From a virus: a stretch of DNA of 14,220 bases. Shown piece by piece: positions 1-8,674 of the stretch. The stretch's first letter is position 1, and each line of letters starts with the position of its first letter. The stretch lies in the UHGV virus genome UHGV-0158879; one strand, written 5' to 3'. The position numbers were made by a program, and so were the translations under genes. The notes under the pieces were generated by a model that saw only the letters and a program-made list of their open reading frames with translations, was not told the origin of the DNA and did not search any database.

Positions 1-49
1 TTATTACCTTATATTAATATTGGTAATATGTCTGCATGATGTTTTATAT

Positions 50-777
50 TTATTGCGTGAGCTTCGCATGATAGCTGGAGCATCTCTTGTCATCACTAAT
101 TAGCTCCGCTTTATCCGTTCTTGCCCATATTATATTTCTTTTTATTATTTTTGCTGGATTACCGGCTGCTGCACACATAGATGGCACATCTTTAGTTACA
201 ATACTCCCATACCCAATGACAGATCCGCTTCCAACAGATACCCCTTTCATTATAGAGACATTTCTCCCTACCCATACGTAACTAGATATAATGATATCTT
301 TTGCCCAATTAATCCTTTTTTTGCTATGAATATCAAATATAGGATGCCCATCTGATGCACGCAAAATAACATCTCTTGCTATCATGCAGTCATGGCCAAT
401 TGTAACATTGCACTTATCAGTGACGACTTCAAAACCTGCACCTATTGTCGTTCTTCTACCGATAATAACTTTTGAACCTTTTGTTGCGACAATATCACCT
501 TTAATCTTACTGTTTTTATGTATTCTTACGTAATTATTATCACCCCTAAATATTACGGTAAGCCATCGACACTCAACATCATCTTCTATAATAAGTTTGT
601 TATTGTTTCCATTGAACTGAACTTTATTCTCTTTGCTATTTACAAGATCTCCACATACAAAAATATTACCTGATCCATTATCATCAACGGAAAACGAGTC
701 TTGAGTCTTGAGTCTTGAGTCTTGAGTCTTGAGTCTTGAGTCTTGAGTCTTGAGTCTTGAGTCTTGAGTCTTGACAT
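50..777 (-). CDS. neuO: Hexapeptide-repeat sugar O-acetyltransferase (polysialic acid O-acetyltransferase NeuO-like), phase-variable; translationally OFF in this copy
   Basis: Minus-strand ATG at 777..775 with AGGA about 8 nt upstream, then TC plus 11 x AAGACTC (coding strand). The acetyltransferase frame (ORF track 50..385, open upstream through the repeats) shows left-handed beta-helix hexapeptide repeats (VWVGRNVSIMKGVSVGSGSVIGYGSIVTKDV). ATG to stop is 728 nt, not a multiple of 3; the ATG frame stops at TAA 642..640. AAGACTC heptads in the 5' coding region match what is described for neuO of prophage CUS-3 (from memory). Confidence 0.8.
696..772. repeat. 11 perfect tandem copies of heptanucleotide GAGTCTT (AAGACTC on the coding strand)
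   Basis: Counted directly: units begin at 696, 703, 710, 717, 724, 731, 738, 745, 752, 759, 766, with no mismatches. Unit length 7 is not a multiple of 3. Confidence 0.97.
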
Positions 778-793
778 ATTAGTATCCTACGTT

Positions 794-822
794 ATTTTAC
801 CACTAGTTACTTTTCTTGTCAT
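794..822 (-). promoter_or_regulatory. Putative sigma70 promoter for neuO
   Basis: On the minus strand ATGACA (822..817), a 17-nt spacer, then TAAAAT (799..794), followed by AGGA and the ATG at 777. By eye only. Confidence 0.35.
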
Positions 823-850
823 TAAAAAGCATTTAAATTTTTATATTTAA

Positions 851-926
851 TTTCGTTGACGTCAATGTTTTTTGCCAATGTACTTACTTCTTTATGTGAG
901 CAGTTCATATTTTTGACGCCAACGAA
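851..926 (-). repeat. 15-bp inverted repeat flanking a 46-bp spacer, between tailspike stop and neuO
   Basis: TTTCGTTGACGTCAA (851..865) and TTGACGCCAACGAAA (912..926) are reverse complements with one mismatch, which is a G-U wobble on the minus-strand transcript. 856..865 TTGACGTCAA is itself a perfect 10-bp palindrome. Confidence 0.5.
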
Positions 927-930
927 ACAT

Positions 931-3876
931 TTAGTGCTTCCCTTCTATTAAGTCTAACCTAGCTTTTATTCTTTCTATTTCTCTGCGCTGCCATGCCGCC
1001 TCGATATAGAATAAGAGATCAGGTCTGACCCCCCATCTAGATCCTGCTGGCGTTATTTCAACGCGCTCAATGATGTCTTCCATTACCATCACTGGATTAT
1101 CATCCTCATCAACAATGATGCTCCCGTCATTATCAGTCAGCGGCATTTCCCTTTGGCCAGTAATGACGTCATCATATACTGCGGGATAATCGTCATAGCA
1201 AAGAAACGCATAGCGGCATGTTGTGCTTTCTTCTTCCATGAGTCCGTGAGAAATAAGAACATCACGAAGTTGCTGCGCGATTACACCATGATGTATCCTC
1301 GCCCCTTCTTCCCCCTTTATAGCGACAGCGTTCAGCCATTTATAAGCGATATACCTGACGTCACCCCAGGCATCCAGCAATGCTTCGTCAGGAGAGACCG
1401 GCTCTGTCTTTAATGTTCCGTCACTGGTAACCACAGGATTGGAGCCAAGATAAACTGTCGAGAACCTGTTTCCCGGACCACCAAGAGCATTTACATTATC
1501 AAGATAAGGTTTAACATCTCCGTTCTCAAAAAGATGTTCGAGTGCGTTATATACCGCGCGACGTGGAGTACTGCTTCCGGAACCATGCAACGTTATCATT
1601 GCACCATCTGCTGAAGACGTTGTTTCACCGCCGCTAACGATTAATCTCTGAGCGGTAACATCATCAGACGGTACTTTCTTCGCAATAATGGCGTAATTAC
1701 CCTCAAGTTTGACTTCCGCGCGAACTTGTCCTGATGTACCTGCATGGACAGTCAGTGACTGGACGGCAACATCATCTGTGAAATCAACGGGTACAGGAAC
1801 CGTCCTCACGCCTGACGTCGACATAAAAGTAGGAAGCGTTCTGTTAGGAGTGGCTCCGTAGACAAAATCCCTTGAAACAAATTCTTCCTGTTTAATTTTC
1901 ACCCTGAAACAATACAAATCAGCCGGGTGACCATCGTGAACATAAGGATATTTTCTGTTGTTATCCCCTATGCTCCATGGGTTTAGAAAGTCTTCCCCAC
2001 CGAAAATGTAGTACAGCCAGTTGTCTTTGATACAAACTGAACCAACACCAACCGCAGAGTTAACTATTCCGCCCTGATAAATCTGATCAGTAACATTAAC
2101 CCACTCTACATTATCCAGACTCCACTCATTGACGTTAACTCTGGTCATAAATGTTCTTGGATAATTTCCTGCATAACGGTTATCAGGTTCTCCTCCTTCC
2201 CACTCACCAAATGCGCGCTCACTGCCAAAAATAATCAGCTCATCGCCAACTTTGGCAAAAGGAAGGTTTGAGTGATGAACATTATTTGGGAAGCGAAGAG
2301 AATTCCATGATGTACCTAAATCAGAGCTTCTGTGCAATGAACTACCGGGTTGAGTACTTAATGTCCCCCTGGTCGTCAGATACAGAATGCCATCATAATA
2401 TTTTACACATGGCTCAGATGCATTCGCCTCATATTCTACAGGTATGCGTCTGCGAACAAAGCTACCAGGAGAACCGAAAGCATCAGAGAAATAGAGTATC
2501 CCAAGCTCGCGTGGATCAATATCACCATTATGGTAGCCAACAGCAAAACTGTTATCGCTAATCGTCGCAAAACTGTGAATCTCAGTAACAGGAGTGCTTC
2601 CGTCAACAAAAGAAGGAATAGTTCCAAGACTGGTTTTTCTCCATGGTGACGAGTGAAATGATGTACCAAAACTCCAGTATCTACCCTCGTTATTCTGATC
2701 CACATCCTGGGTATTTTGCGTCGTAACTGTAAAAGTATTTTTATCAATAACAGTAGTCACCGTCATATTCCCGGTAACACCTGTAACACCAGAGTTTGAG
2801 AAGTTGACAAAATCACCAGCAAATAATCCGTGATCAGTAATGCGAATATAAGCGACTTGCTGATTTGCTGCTTTCGTTATACCACCATAAACGCGAAGGC
2901 TGCGACTCATTGGGCGATCCCACAACTCTGCAACCTGCAGTTTATTTCCGCTCACGGTCCGCGTCTCAATTACAGCAAAAAGGCGATTTCTGACAACCCC
3001 CATACTCATGCAGTGATAGTTAACTGTGGGATAGTTTTCATGTAAATCTGTAAGCCATTCCGGCGTTGTCCAGGTCTTCCCGTCATCTCCTGAGCGAACC
3101 CATGCAACATGGAGGTTATTTACACCATGGCGGTCTCCAGCCATAAAAGGCGCATAGATGACATTGTCATATACAAACGTTTTATCCTGCGTCCAGGCGT
3201 TGTACCACGGTGTATCTGTAATTTTAAATAACTCTCCCTGGATAAAATCTTCAGAAGCATAAAAAAGAGGCTGACCCGGTATTCTCTCAAATAAAAAACG
3301 AGCATTTTTAAATCGACTGACATCTGGAAGAGTTGATACTTTAAAAGTAAGCCCTCGCCCATCTATCTTTTCACCACCTGTTGCAACAGAAAGTAATTCT
3401 GATAGAGCTGATGTGTCATCATGAACACCATCACCAATAGCCCCCCAACCTCTTACATCATAACTGTCTCTCCATCTTGCTATCTGAAGTTTTGGGTATT
3501 TATTCGCTCCATCTGGGTCTTCTAATTGCTGCCGTAACTGATCAGGATCATACTTCAGCACATTAGGAAAATAGAACTGCTGCGCACCATACGCATCATA
3601 AACAGCCATAGAATGGCCTTGCACGGTAACGAATTTGGCAATCTGTCCGTTATATACCGGATATCCAGCAGCGTTAATGATTATTGGTTGCGAAACAGGA
3701 ATGTGAGAACCGTCTTCGTTCTCTACATAAACCTGAATCTGGTTTTCAGGATTTACCGGGTCAGTGTCAATTTTACCGATATAAATTTTGCCATTGGCTA
3801 CGGCTTTAAAAGAACGCGCCATAGTGAAGAGTTGCGAAGGCATACTCACTACAACATTGGCTGTAATGTCTGTCAT
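931..3876 (-). CDS. Tailspike: P22 gp9-type head-binding N-terminal domain fused to endosialidase-like body
   Basis: 981-aa ORF with GGAG 8 nt upstream of ATG 3876. N-terminus [11 protein letters not shown]...[33 protein letters not shown] matches the P22 tailspike N-terminus as I recall it. Two sialidase Asp-box motifs ([17 protein letters not shown]). The C-terminal ~150 aa resemble the auto-cleaving intramolecular chaperone domain of endosialidases (from memory). Confidence 0.9.
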   Translation of the reverse strand: MTDITANVVVSMPSQLFTMARSFKAVANGKIYIGKIDTDPVNPENQIQVYVENEDGSHIPVSQPIIINAAGYPVYNGQIAKFVTVQGHSMAVYDAYGAQQFYFPNVLKYDPDQLRQQLEDPDGANKYPKLQIARWRDSYDVRGWGAIGDGVHDDTSALSELLSVATGGEKIDGRGLTFKVSTLPDVSRFKNARFLFERIPGQPLFYASEDFIQGELFKITDTPWYNAWTQDKTFVYDNVIYAPFMAGDRHGVNNLHVAWVRSGDDGKTWTTPEWLTDLHENYPTVNYHCMSMGVVRNRLFAVIETRTVSGNKLQVAELWDRPMSRSLRVYGGITKAANQQVAYIRITDHGLFAGDFVNFSNSGVTGVTGNMTVTTVIDKNTFTVTTQNTQDVDQNNEGRYWSFGTSFHSSPWRKTSLGTIPSFVDGSTPVTEIHSFATISDNSFAVGYHNGDIDPRELGILYFSDAFGSPGSFVRRRIPVEYEANASEPCVKYYDGILYLTTRGTLSTQPGSSLHRSSDLGTSWNSLRFPNNVHHSNLPFAKVGDELIIFGSERAFGEWEGGEPDNRYAGNYPRTFMTRVNVNEWSLDNVEWVNVTDQIYQGGIVNSAVGVGSVCIKDNWLYYIFGGEDFLNPWSIGDNNRKYPYVHDGHPADLYCFRVKIKQEEFVSRDFVYGATPNRTLPTFMSTSGVRTVPVPVDFTDDVAVQSLTVHAGTSGQVRAEVKLEGNYAIIAKKVPSDDVTAQRLIVSGGETTSSADGAMITLHGSGSSTPRRAVYNALEHLFENGDVKPYLDNVNALGGPGNRFSTVYLGSNPVVTSDGTLKTEPVSPDEALLDAWGDVRYIAYKWLNAVAIKGEEGARIHHGVIAQQLRDVLISHGLMEEESTTCRYAFLCYDDYPAVYDDVITGQREMPLTDNDGSIIVDEDDNPVMVMEDIIERVEITPAGSRWGVRPDLLFYIEAAWQRREIERIKARLDLIEGKH

Positions 3877-3944
3877 TTAATTTGCTCCAGATACAAGGAA
3901 TCGCCGCAGCATTGCCACAGTGATGCATTATTAATCAAACAAAG

Positions 3945-3959
3945 AGACCACTGTGGTCT
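3945..3959. promoter_or_regulatory. Operator-like palindrome in the mnt/tailspike divergent intergenic region
   Basis: AGACCAC-T-GTGGTCT is a perfect 7-bp-arm inverted repeat; a related CCACAGTG lies at 3915..3922. It overlaps a possible -35 for mnt (a GATAAT -10 candidate at 3980..3985). The style resembles the P22 Mnt operator (GTCCAC..GTGGAC-like, from memory). Confidence 0.45.
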
Positions 3960-4022
3960 TATTGAGGATGCAACCAGCAGATAATAAGATGCCGATCCAC
4001 TCACAAAAGCGAGGCATCAAGA

Positions 4023-4274
4023 ATGGGAAGAGATGACCCGCAATTTAATCTGCGGCTACCTTACGAATTAAAGGAAAAACTAAAACAGCGAGCCAAATCC
4101 AATGGCCGCTCTCTTAATTCAGAATTAGTTCAGATAGTGACTGATGCTGTATCAAAGCCATCCAAAATTTCAGGCTATCGAGACGATGCGGAACGCATCG
4201 CTGATGAGCAGTCAGAGCTTGTTAAGAAGATGGTGTTTGATACGCTGAAGGATTTGTACAAAAAACCCACCTGA
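4023..4274 (+). CDS. mnt: Mnt-type ribbon-helix-helix repressor
   Basis: 83 aa, GAGG 8 nt upstream. The C-terminal two-thirds (NGRS.NSEL.QIV.DA.SKPS...GYR.DAER.ADEQSELVKKMVFDTLKDLYKK) closely matches P22 Mnt as I recall it. N-terminal strand DPQFNLRLP. Confidence 0.9.
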   Translation: MGRDDPQFNLRLPYELKEKLKQRAKSNGRSLNSELVQIVTDAVSKPSKISGYRDDAERIADEQSELVKKMVFDTLKDLYKKPT

Positions 4275-4290
4275 AGGTGGGTTAATTTTT
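4264..4290 (+). terminator. Rho-independent terminator after mnt
   Basis: AACCCACC-tgaa-GGTGGGTT 8-bp stem (4264..4283) followed by AATTTTT. The hairpin spans the mnt stop codon, and the A-run upstream allows bidirectional function. Confidence 0.6.
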
Positions 4291-4373
4291 GCATTTACCT
4301 GGGCCATATTGACTACTTATAAAATGAGATCAATATTTAATCGCCCAATAACGGGTGTATGTTGAGGTATATC

Positions 4374-4553
4374 ATGGCGAAAAAACCAGGTGAAAACACA
4401 GGAAAAAACGGCGGAATATACCAAGAAGTTGGCCCACGCGGCGGTAAGAAAGACAATTTTGCAACCGTCAAGGACAACGAAAGGCTTCCACCAACAACAA
4501 AGCCAGGTCATGGCTGGGTATTGGATAAGCGAACTCCAGACAGCAAAAAGTAA
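4374..4553 (+). CDS. Small conserved hypothetical protein (59 aa), Gly/Lys/Pro-rich
   Basis: ATG 4374 with GAGG 6 nt upstream, double stop TAATAA, terminator immediately downstream. Position and length match the small ORF between sieA and mnt in P22-like phages (from memory). A resemblance to YjzC-like small proteins is unverified. Confidence 0.6.
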   Translation: MAKKPGENTGKNGGIYQEVGPRGGKKDNFATVKDNERLPPTTKPGHGWVLDKRTPDSKK

Positions 4554-4559
4554 TAATCA

Positions 4560-4581
4560 AGCCGGGTCACTCCGGCTTTTT
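4560..4581 (+). terminator. Rho-independent terminator after the 59-aa gene
   Basis: AGCCGG-gtcact-CCGGCT stem followed by TTTTT. The T-run is on the plus strand only. Confidence 0.6.
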
Positions 4582-4932
4582 GATATGTCGCTCGCAGAAC
4601 TCAACAAGCCTGCTCATTAAGTAGCAGTAAGTCTCGTTGGCTCTTCCTGGTTCAACATCAACACCTACCCTTGAGCAGATATCGAATGCCATGTGAGCGC
4701 ACTCATGGGCAATAGTAGATAGTTTGCCATTGAACACGCCTATCACATGCAAAACACCATTCTCGCTACTCATTGTATGAGACGCTCCGTTGGCGTCCGA
4801 GTCATGCACGTCAACGCCAAGTTTTTGATGCAGGCGTTGCCATTCTGGAAAGTCTCTACAAAACACAATTGTACCGCTCTCAAAGAGCGGAACGAGCATC
4901 TTTGGTACGTTTCCAATGTTAACTTTTTTCAT
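4567..4932 (-). CDS. Hypothetical protein with HExxH motif (possible small zinc metallopeptidase-like)
   Basis: 121-aa ORF with AGGA 4 nt upstream of ATG 4932. Contains [11 protein letters not shown] (H-E-x-x-H) followed by a downstream Glu. The function is a guess from the motif alone. Confidence 0.5.
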   Translation of the reverse strand: MKKVNIGNVPKMLVPLFESGTIVFCRDFPEWQRLHQKLGVDVHDSDANGASHTMSSENGVLHVIGVFNGKLSTIAHECAHMAFDICSRVGVDVEPGRANETYCYLMSRLVEFCERHIKKPE

Positions 4933-4962
4933 GGTATCCTGCGCAAAACTAAGGAGGTTGGT

Positions 4963-5457
4963 GTGTCTGATTCTATGAGTTACGCTGTGCTAGTTGCCGC
5001 AACTCTATTTCTGGGGATAGGGTTGCAGATTGCGTGGTTCTTTTTTTCTAGTTTTATTAAACGTAAAAGAATTGAATCAAGGATATCTGAGATTTCTATT
5101 GCTATAGGGAAAAATGCTGAAAATCCAGAGAATGAGGCCTGCGCACTGAATTACCTTAAAGAAAAGTTTTCCCCTGAAAAATTTGAAAACAGAATTACTG
5201 ATGCTCTTGGATTGGTAATATCAGTAATTCATATGCCACTAAGTTTGCTGATAACAGTGTGGTACTTCGCCATGATCGCCGGAAGAATATTTGGTTTCAT
5301 GAATATAGAGCCTGTAGTTCTTTGGGTTCCAATGATACTGCAATTGTTGTTAAGCGTTGCTATCTTTATTTTTTCTGTTTTTATAAAAATTGTCTTCGGA
5401 AGATACCCCGGAGAAGCAAAGGGATTTAATAAAGAATTCATAAAAACTATAAAATAA
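4963..5457 (+). CDS. Small inner-membrane protein with 3 predicted TM helices, in the sieA (superinfection exclusion) position
   Basis: AAGGAGG at 4951..4957; start is GTG 4963 or ATG 4975 (the ORF-track start at 4747 overlaps the minus-strand gene and is rejected). Hydrophobic segments [48 protein letters not shown] and [30 protein letters not shown]-rich, antisense to the late genes. SieA assignment is positional only. Confidence 0.6.
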   Translation: MSDSMSYAVLVAATLFLGIGLQIAWFFFSSFIKRKRIESRISEISIAIGKNAENPENEACALNYLKEKFSPEKFENRITDALGLVISVIHMPLSLLITVWYFAMIAGRIFGFMNIEPVVLWVPMILQLLLSVAIFIFSVFIKIVFGRYPGEAKGFNKEFIKTIK

Positions 5458-5479
5458 ATGCCGTCCTTGGCTTACAGTG

Positions 5480-7321
5480 CTACTGCCGGGTAGCTTCGTT
5501 AACTAAGAGCGGGCGCACGGCAGTAGCCGCCTGATTTAGCGCTCTTTCATAAGCTGGCGTTCCAGCTTTAGTGTTTGCCAGACGTAAGAGCGCATTCCTT
5601 GCTGCTTTGGATTCATACAAGCGCATCATTGCACCGAAACCAGCCTCAAGCCCCATTGATACGCCAAGAGTCGTAGTTGCGCCAATCGTCCTTATCCTGT
5701 TGGCTTGCGATTGCCCCGTCTGAGTTACTACATTTGCGGTGTCTGATCTTGCTGCTTGCTGTAGAACTTCATGAAGAGCATCAAGTTCTTTCATGTGCTT
5801 TCCAGAAAAAATAGTGTTGTAAATTTCACCGCCTGACTGAGATTTCAGCTTATTAACTTCCGTGATGAACTTGGCTGGAGAGTCACCGGCCTTTTCCGCT
5901 ATTTTGCTGACGTAAGCTGCACGCATAGCATCTTTCCCTTTATCATCCAATGCGCTCCAGATTCGTTTCACGTCAGATGGTTTTCTGCTTAATACAACAG
6001 TATTTATAAGTTCAGGACTGGCTTCACTGCTTGCCTTGTTGAGCTTGTTAGCAATGTTTTTATTAAGCACCTTATTATAAACGTTTGCATAATCGGAATT
6101 TGCTTTAAGGTATTTTGCTGCGTCTGAAGCACCGAGGTTTTTGGCAACTGCGTTACGAAGGTCTTTTGACATTGCATTCTCTACCATATTGGTAGCTGCT
6201 TTTGCCTGGTTGGGGAAGACCATGGCATCTCCCTGAACATTAGATCTAAATGCTGTTCTGTGCTGGCGCAAGAGATCAAACGTAACATCCAAATCAGTTG
6301 CAGGGTTTGCTAATTCTTCACGTAGGTTACGCAAGGATGTAAGCAGGTTTTGATTGGCAGAAGTCCCAAGCCGTTCCTGTCTTGCGATCGCTGTATTCAG
6401 AGCATTCATGGTATTTGTGGTATCAACTGCGGCATTACCCATTTTATTGGTGACGTCATTGATAACAGCGCCAGCGGCATCCTTCCGTCCCCTTAACGTG
6501 GTGGTCAGAGATCTCACCACATCATCAGGGTTGTACTCACCAAAACGGTCAAAATAATTGCTTACCAGCTTACTACGCGTTGCATATTGCTCCGCTCGCT
6601 TTGAGCCTGTCCCGAGCAAAGCCCCCTCAGCATCCTGAGTAAGTCCGCGAGTGAAAGCATTTTTCGGCGGGATAACATCAGATGTCATTGGTGTCACGCC
6701 CATCGATTCTGATGTGGCAATTTTCTTTGCCACTTCTGGCGCAATATCACCTTTTATAGCCGTTATTCCACGCCCTATTCCCTTTGCTGCTGCGGAAAGA
6801 ACACCCTGAGCGGCAAGGTTAACTCCGGCATTTTTAGCTGCATTTTGTGCGAAATCACCTTTCTGATTTGCGGCCTCTGCCAGTGATCCAATAGCCATGC
6901 TTCCTGCCGTTCCAACTCCTGGAACTAAATACCCGCCAATTGTTTCTCCAGCTTGAGCGTAGGGGTCTGTCGGTCTGTCTACTGGACGATAAACATCATC
7001 CAAAACCTTGGGGCCACCAAGCCCCTGACTGATTGCATTAATCAGACTTGCGCCGCCCTGTAATACGTCAAATGGTATGTTTACCAGACCACGACCAGCC
7101 TGTTCTGCAATTTGCCCTGCACTTTGACCACCAGTGAGCCAATCGCCAGCTTGTTGCATCAATGATGGTTCTTCCCGTGTTGGTGCATTATTGGCCTGAT
7201 TAACTGTTTGTTGCTGAACAGCCTGACCAGCAAAATACTCATCAATGGCGGTGCCAATATCTTCCGTGCTCGTACCATCAGGGAAGGTAAATGTCTTACC
7301 GTTTGCAGTTACTTTCATCAT
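5480..7321 (-). CDS. Ejection (DNA-transfer) protein, P22 gp16-like
   Basis: 612/613 aa, Ala/Gly/Gln-rich. N-terminus [22 protein letters not shown] as I recall for P22 gp16. ATGATG start overlaps the upstream stop (ATGA), and it lies directly downstream of the gp20-like gene as in P22. Confidence 0.8.
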   Translation of the reverse strand: MMKVTANGKTFTFPDGTSTEDIGTAIDEYFAGQAVQQQTVNQANNAPTREEPSLMQQAGDWLTGGQSAGQIAEQAGRGLVNIPFDVLQGGASLINAISQGLGGPKVLDDVYRPVDRPTDPYAQAGETIGGYLVPGVGTAGSMAIGSLAEAANQKGDFAQNAAKNAGVNLAAQGVLSAAAKGIGRGITAIKGDIAPEVAKKIATSESMGVTPMTSDVIPPKNAFTRGLTQDAEGALLGTGSKRAEQYATRSKLVSNYFDRFGEYNPDDVVRSLTTTLRGRKDAAGAVINDVTNKMGNAAVDTTNTMNALNTAIARQERLGTSANQNLLTSLRNLREELANPATDLDVTFDLLRQHRTAFRSNVQGDAMVFPNQAKAATNMVENAMSKDLRNAVAKNLGASDAAKYLKANSDYANVYNKVLNKNIANKLNKASSEASPELINTVVLSRKPSDVKRIWSALDDKGKDAMRAAYVSKIAEKAGDSPAKFITEVNKLKSQSGGEIYNTIFSGKHMKELDALHEVLQQAARSDTANVVTQTGQSQANRIRTIGATTTLGVSMGLEAGFGAMMRLYESKAARNALLRLANTKAGTPAYERALNQAATAVRPLLVNEATRQ

Positions 7322-8673
7322 TCCACCGTAAATTGAATGCCTGATTTTGACGTGTAGCTACCTCCTGCTGATTGCTGAGTAGCTGGCTGTTGCCTTGATG
7401 ATTTCTTCCCGCCATTACCGACATTAACGTTATATTGCTGGTTGTAATTGTCGGTATATTGCTGAATGTCGCGCATTGATTGTTGCAGTGCTTCAGGGCT
7501 TGAGAAATCAACCTGTGGCATACCTTGAAAATACATCTTTGCTTCTGCAACGGTGTTGATACCGGATGCCCCCATGTCTCTGGCTGCTGCAATGCCCTGA
7601 TTCTGCATCTTTCCTTGGATTCGCTGTGCAGCGTTGTATAGTTTCCTCTGATCACCACCAGATGCACGGCTACGAATATCTGCACCAAGAGCAGGAGAAC
7701 CTGAAGAGCCTGTAATGCCAGTCATGAAGCCAAGATCGTCAATTGATGCACCAGAAATTGCATCAAGATCTTTCTTCATTGCGTAATTCTGCGCGCTTGC
7801 TGCCGATGTAGCCGGAGCGGCAATAGAACCAGCAGGAACGCGAACCATATTCCCCTCGTTGTCGATACCTTCGTAGAACGCATTAGCCCCAGCGCCGTGA
7901 AGCTTCCCGCCTACCGTTACAGTTCTGCCATCTGCTAACTGAACTGTACGCTCATTATTCCCAACCGCCCCTTTCATTGATGCTCTCTGCATCGATAAAT
8001 CCTGACCGCGCATCGTGATATTCTGACCACGCGCTGTTAGCGCCTCGCCAGCCTGATTGCTGCGGATTGTCTCTGCCAGTCTGCCTCGGTCAATCTCACG
8101 ACCAGCTATCTTGTCCTGAACATTGAAGTAATCAATCGGACCAAGCGCAGCCATCCCAAGGTGATCAACAAACTCACCAAATCCTGAAGGATTCTGCTGA
8201 TACATCTGAGCAACGCTGTTAGGGTCAACACCGACGCGAGTCAGTTCCTTGGCGTTGTTTTGCAGCCATGATTGCATTGCTTCTGGAGACGATGACGCAA
8301 GGCGTGCGCCAGCCGCTAAGGTGCCGATAGAATTACGCTGGTCTTCATCAATGAATCCCATGCCTTTACGAACAGATTCAATCTGGTCTGGATATTGAGT
8401 AGCCAACTGACGCAAAGCACCGCGATCACCAGACGCATAAGCTTTAGCGTATGCCTGCTGAAATTCTTTCTGCCGCTGAGCCTGCTTTTCCTGCTGAAAA
8501 ACACCCGCAATACCTGAAAGGCCTTGCAAAGCAGTCAGCCCAACATTGTTAGCGCCTGAACGCTCAATATCATTGTTCTGCCTGATAAGCTGAAGCGTAT
8601 TGCCGATGTCATTTACGCTCGGAGCGTTTGAGTTGACACCACCGATACCAGCCAACAATCGGCATTTATTCAC
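7318..8673 (-). CDS. Ejection protein, P22 gp20-like; starts at GTG 1 nt after the terminase stop, possibly N-terminally truncated
   Basis: 451-aa low-complexity protein of gp20 size, positioned before gp16. The only start is GTG 8673; the frame is closed by a TGA about 13 codons upstream with no ATG. Confidence 0.65.
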   Translation of the reverse strand: MNKCRLLAGIGGVNSNAPSVNDIGNTLQLIRQNNDIERSGANNVGLTALQGLSGIAGVFQQEKQAQRQKEFQQAYAKAYASGDRGALRQLATQYPDQIESVRKGMGFIDEDQRNSIGTLAAGARLASSSPEAMQSWLQNNAKELTRVGVDPNSVAQMYQQNPSGFGEFVDHLGMAALGPIDYFNVQDKIAGREIDRGRLAETIRSNQAGEALTARGQNITMRGQDLSMQRASMKGAVGNNERTVQLADGRTVTVGGKLHGAGANAFYEGIDNEGNMVRVPAGSIAAPATSAASAQNYAMKKDLDAISGASIDDLGFMTGITGSSGSPALGADIRSRASGGDQRKLYNAAQRIQGKMQNQGIAAARDMGASGINTVAEAKMYFQGMPQVDFSSPEALQQSMRDIQQYTDNYNQQYNVNVGNGGKKSSRQQPATQQSAGGSYTSKSGIQFTVE

Positions 8674-8674
8674 C

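Noticed and set aside
87-281. 64-aa plus-strand ORF
   Set aside because: Antisense and fully internal to the acetyltransferase coding region; no RBS; most likely a chance ORF in AT-rich sequence.
696-772. Heptad tract as a possible CRISPR array or minisatellite
   Set aside because: 7-bp units with no spacers, located inside a coding region directly after a start codon; this is a slipped-strand contingency tract, not a CRISPR array.
1153-3984. Several 70-125-aa ORFs on the plus strand (1153..1413, 2268..2561, 2830..3045, 3613..3984) and minus-strand alternate frames (2436..2747, 3120..3362)
   Set aside because: All lie inside the 981-aa tailspike gene in other frames; low-complexity translations and no start context.
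4317-4620. ORFs 4317..4511 (minus) and 4390..4620 (plus)
   Set aside because: Alternate-frame or antisense overlaps of the well-supported 59-aa gene; they run through its terminator hairpin.
4747-4962. Upstream extension of the membrane-protein ORF to ATG 4747
   Set aside because: Overlaps the minus-strand HExxH gene; a strong AAGGAGG at 4951..4957 supports GTG 4963 or ATG 4975 as the true start.
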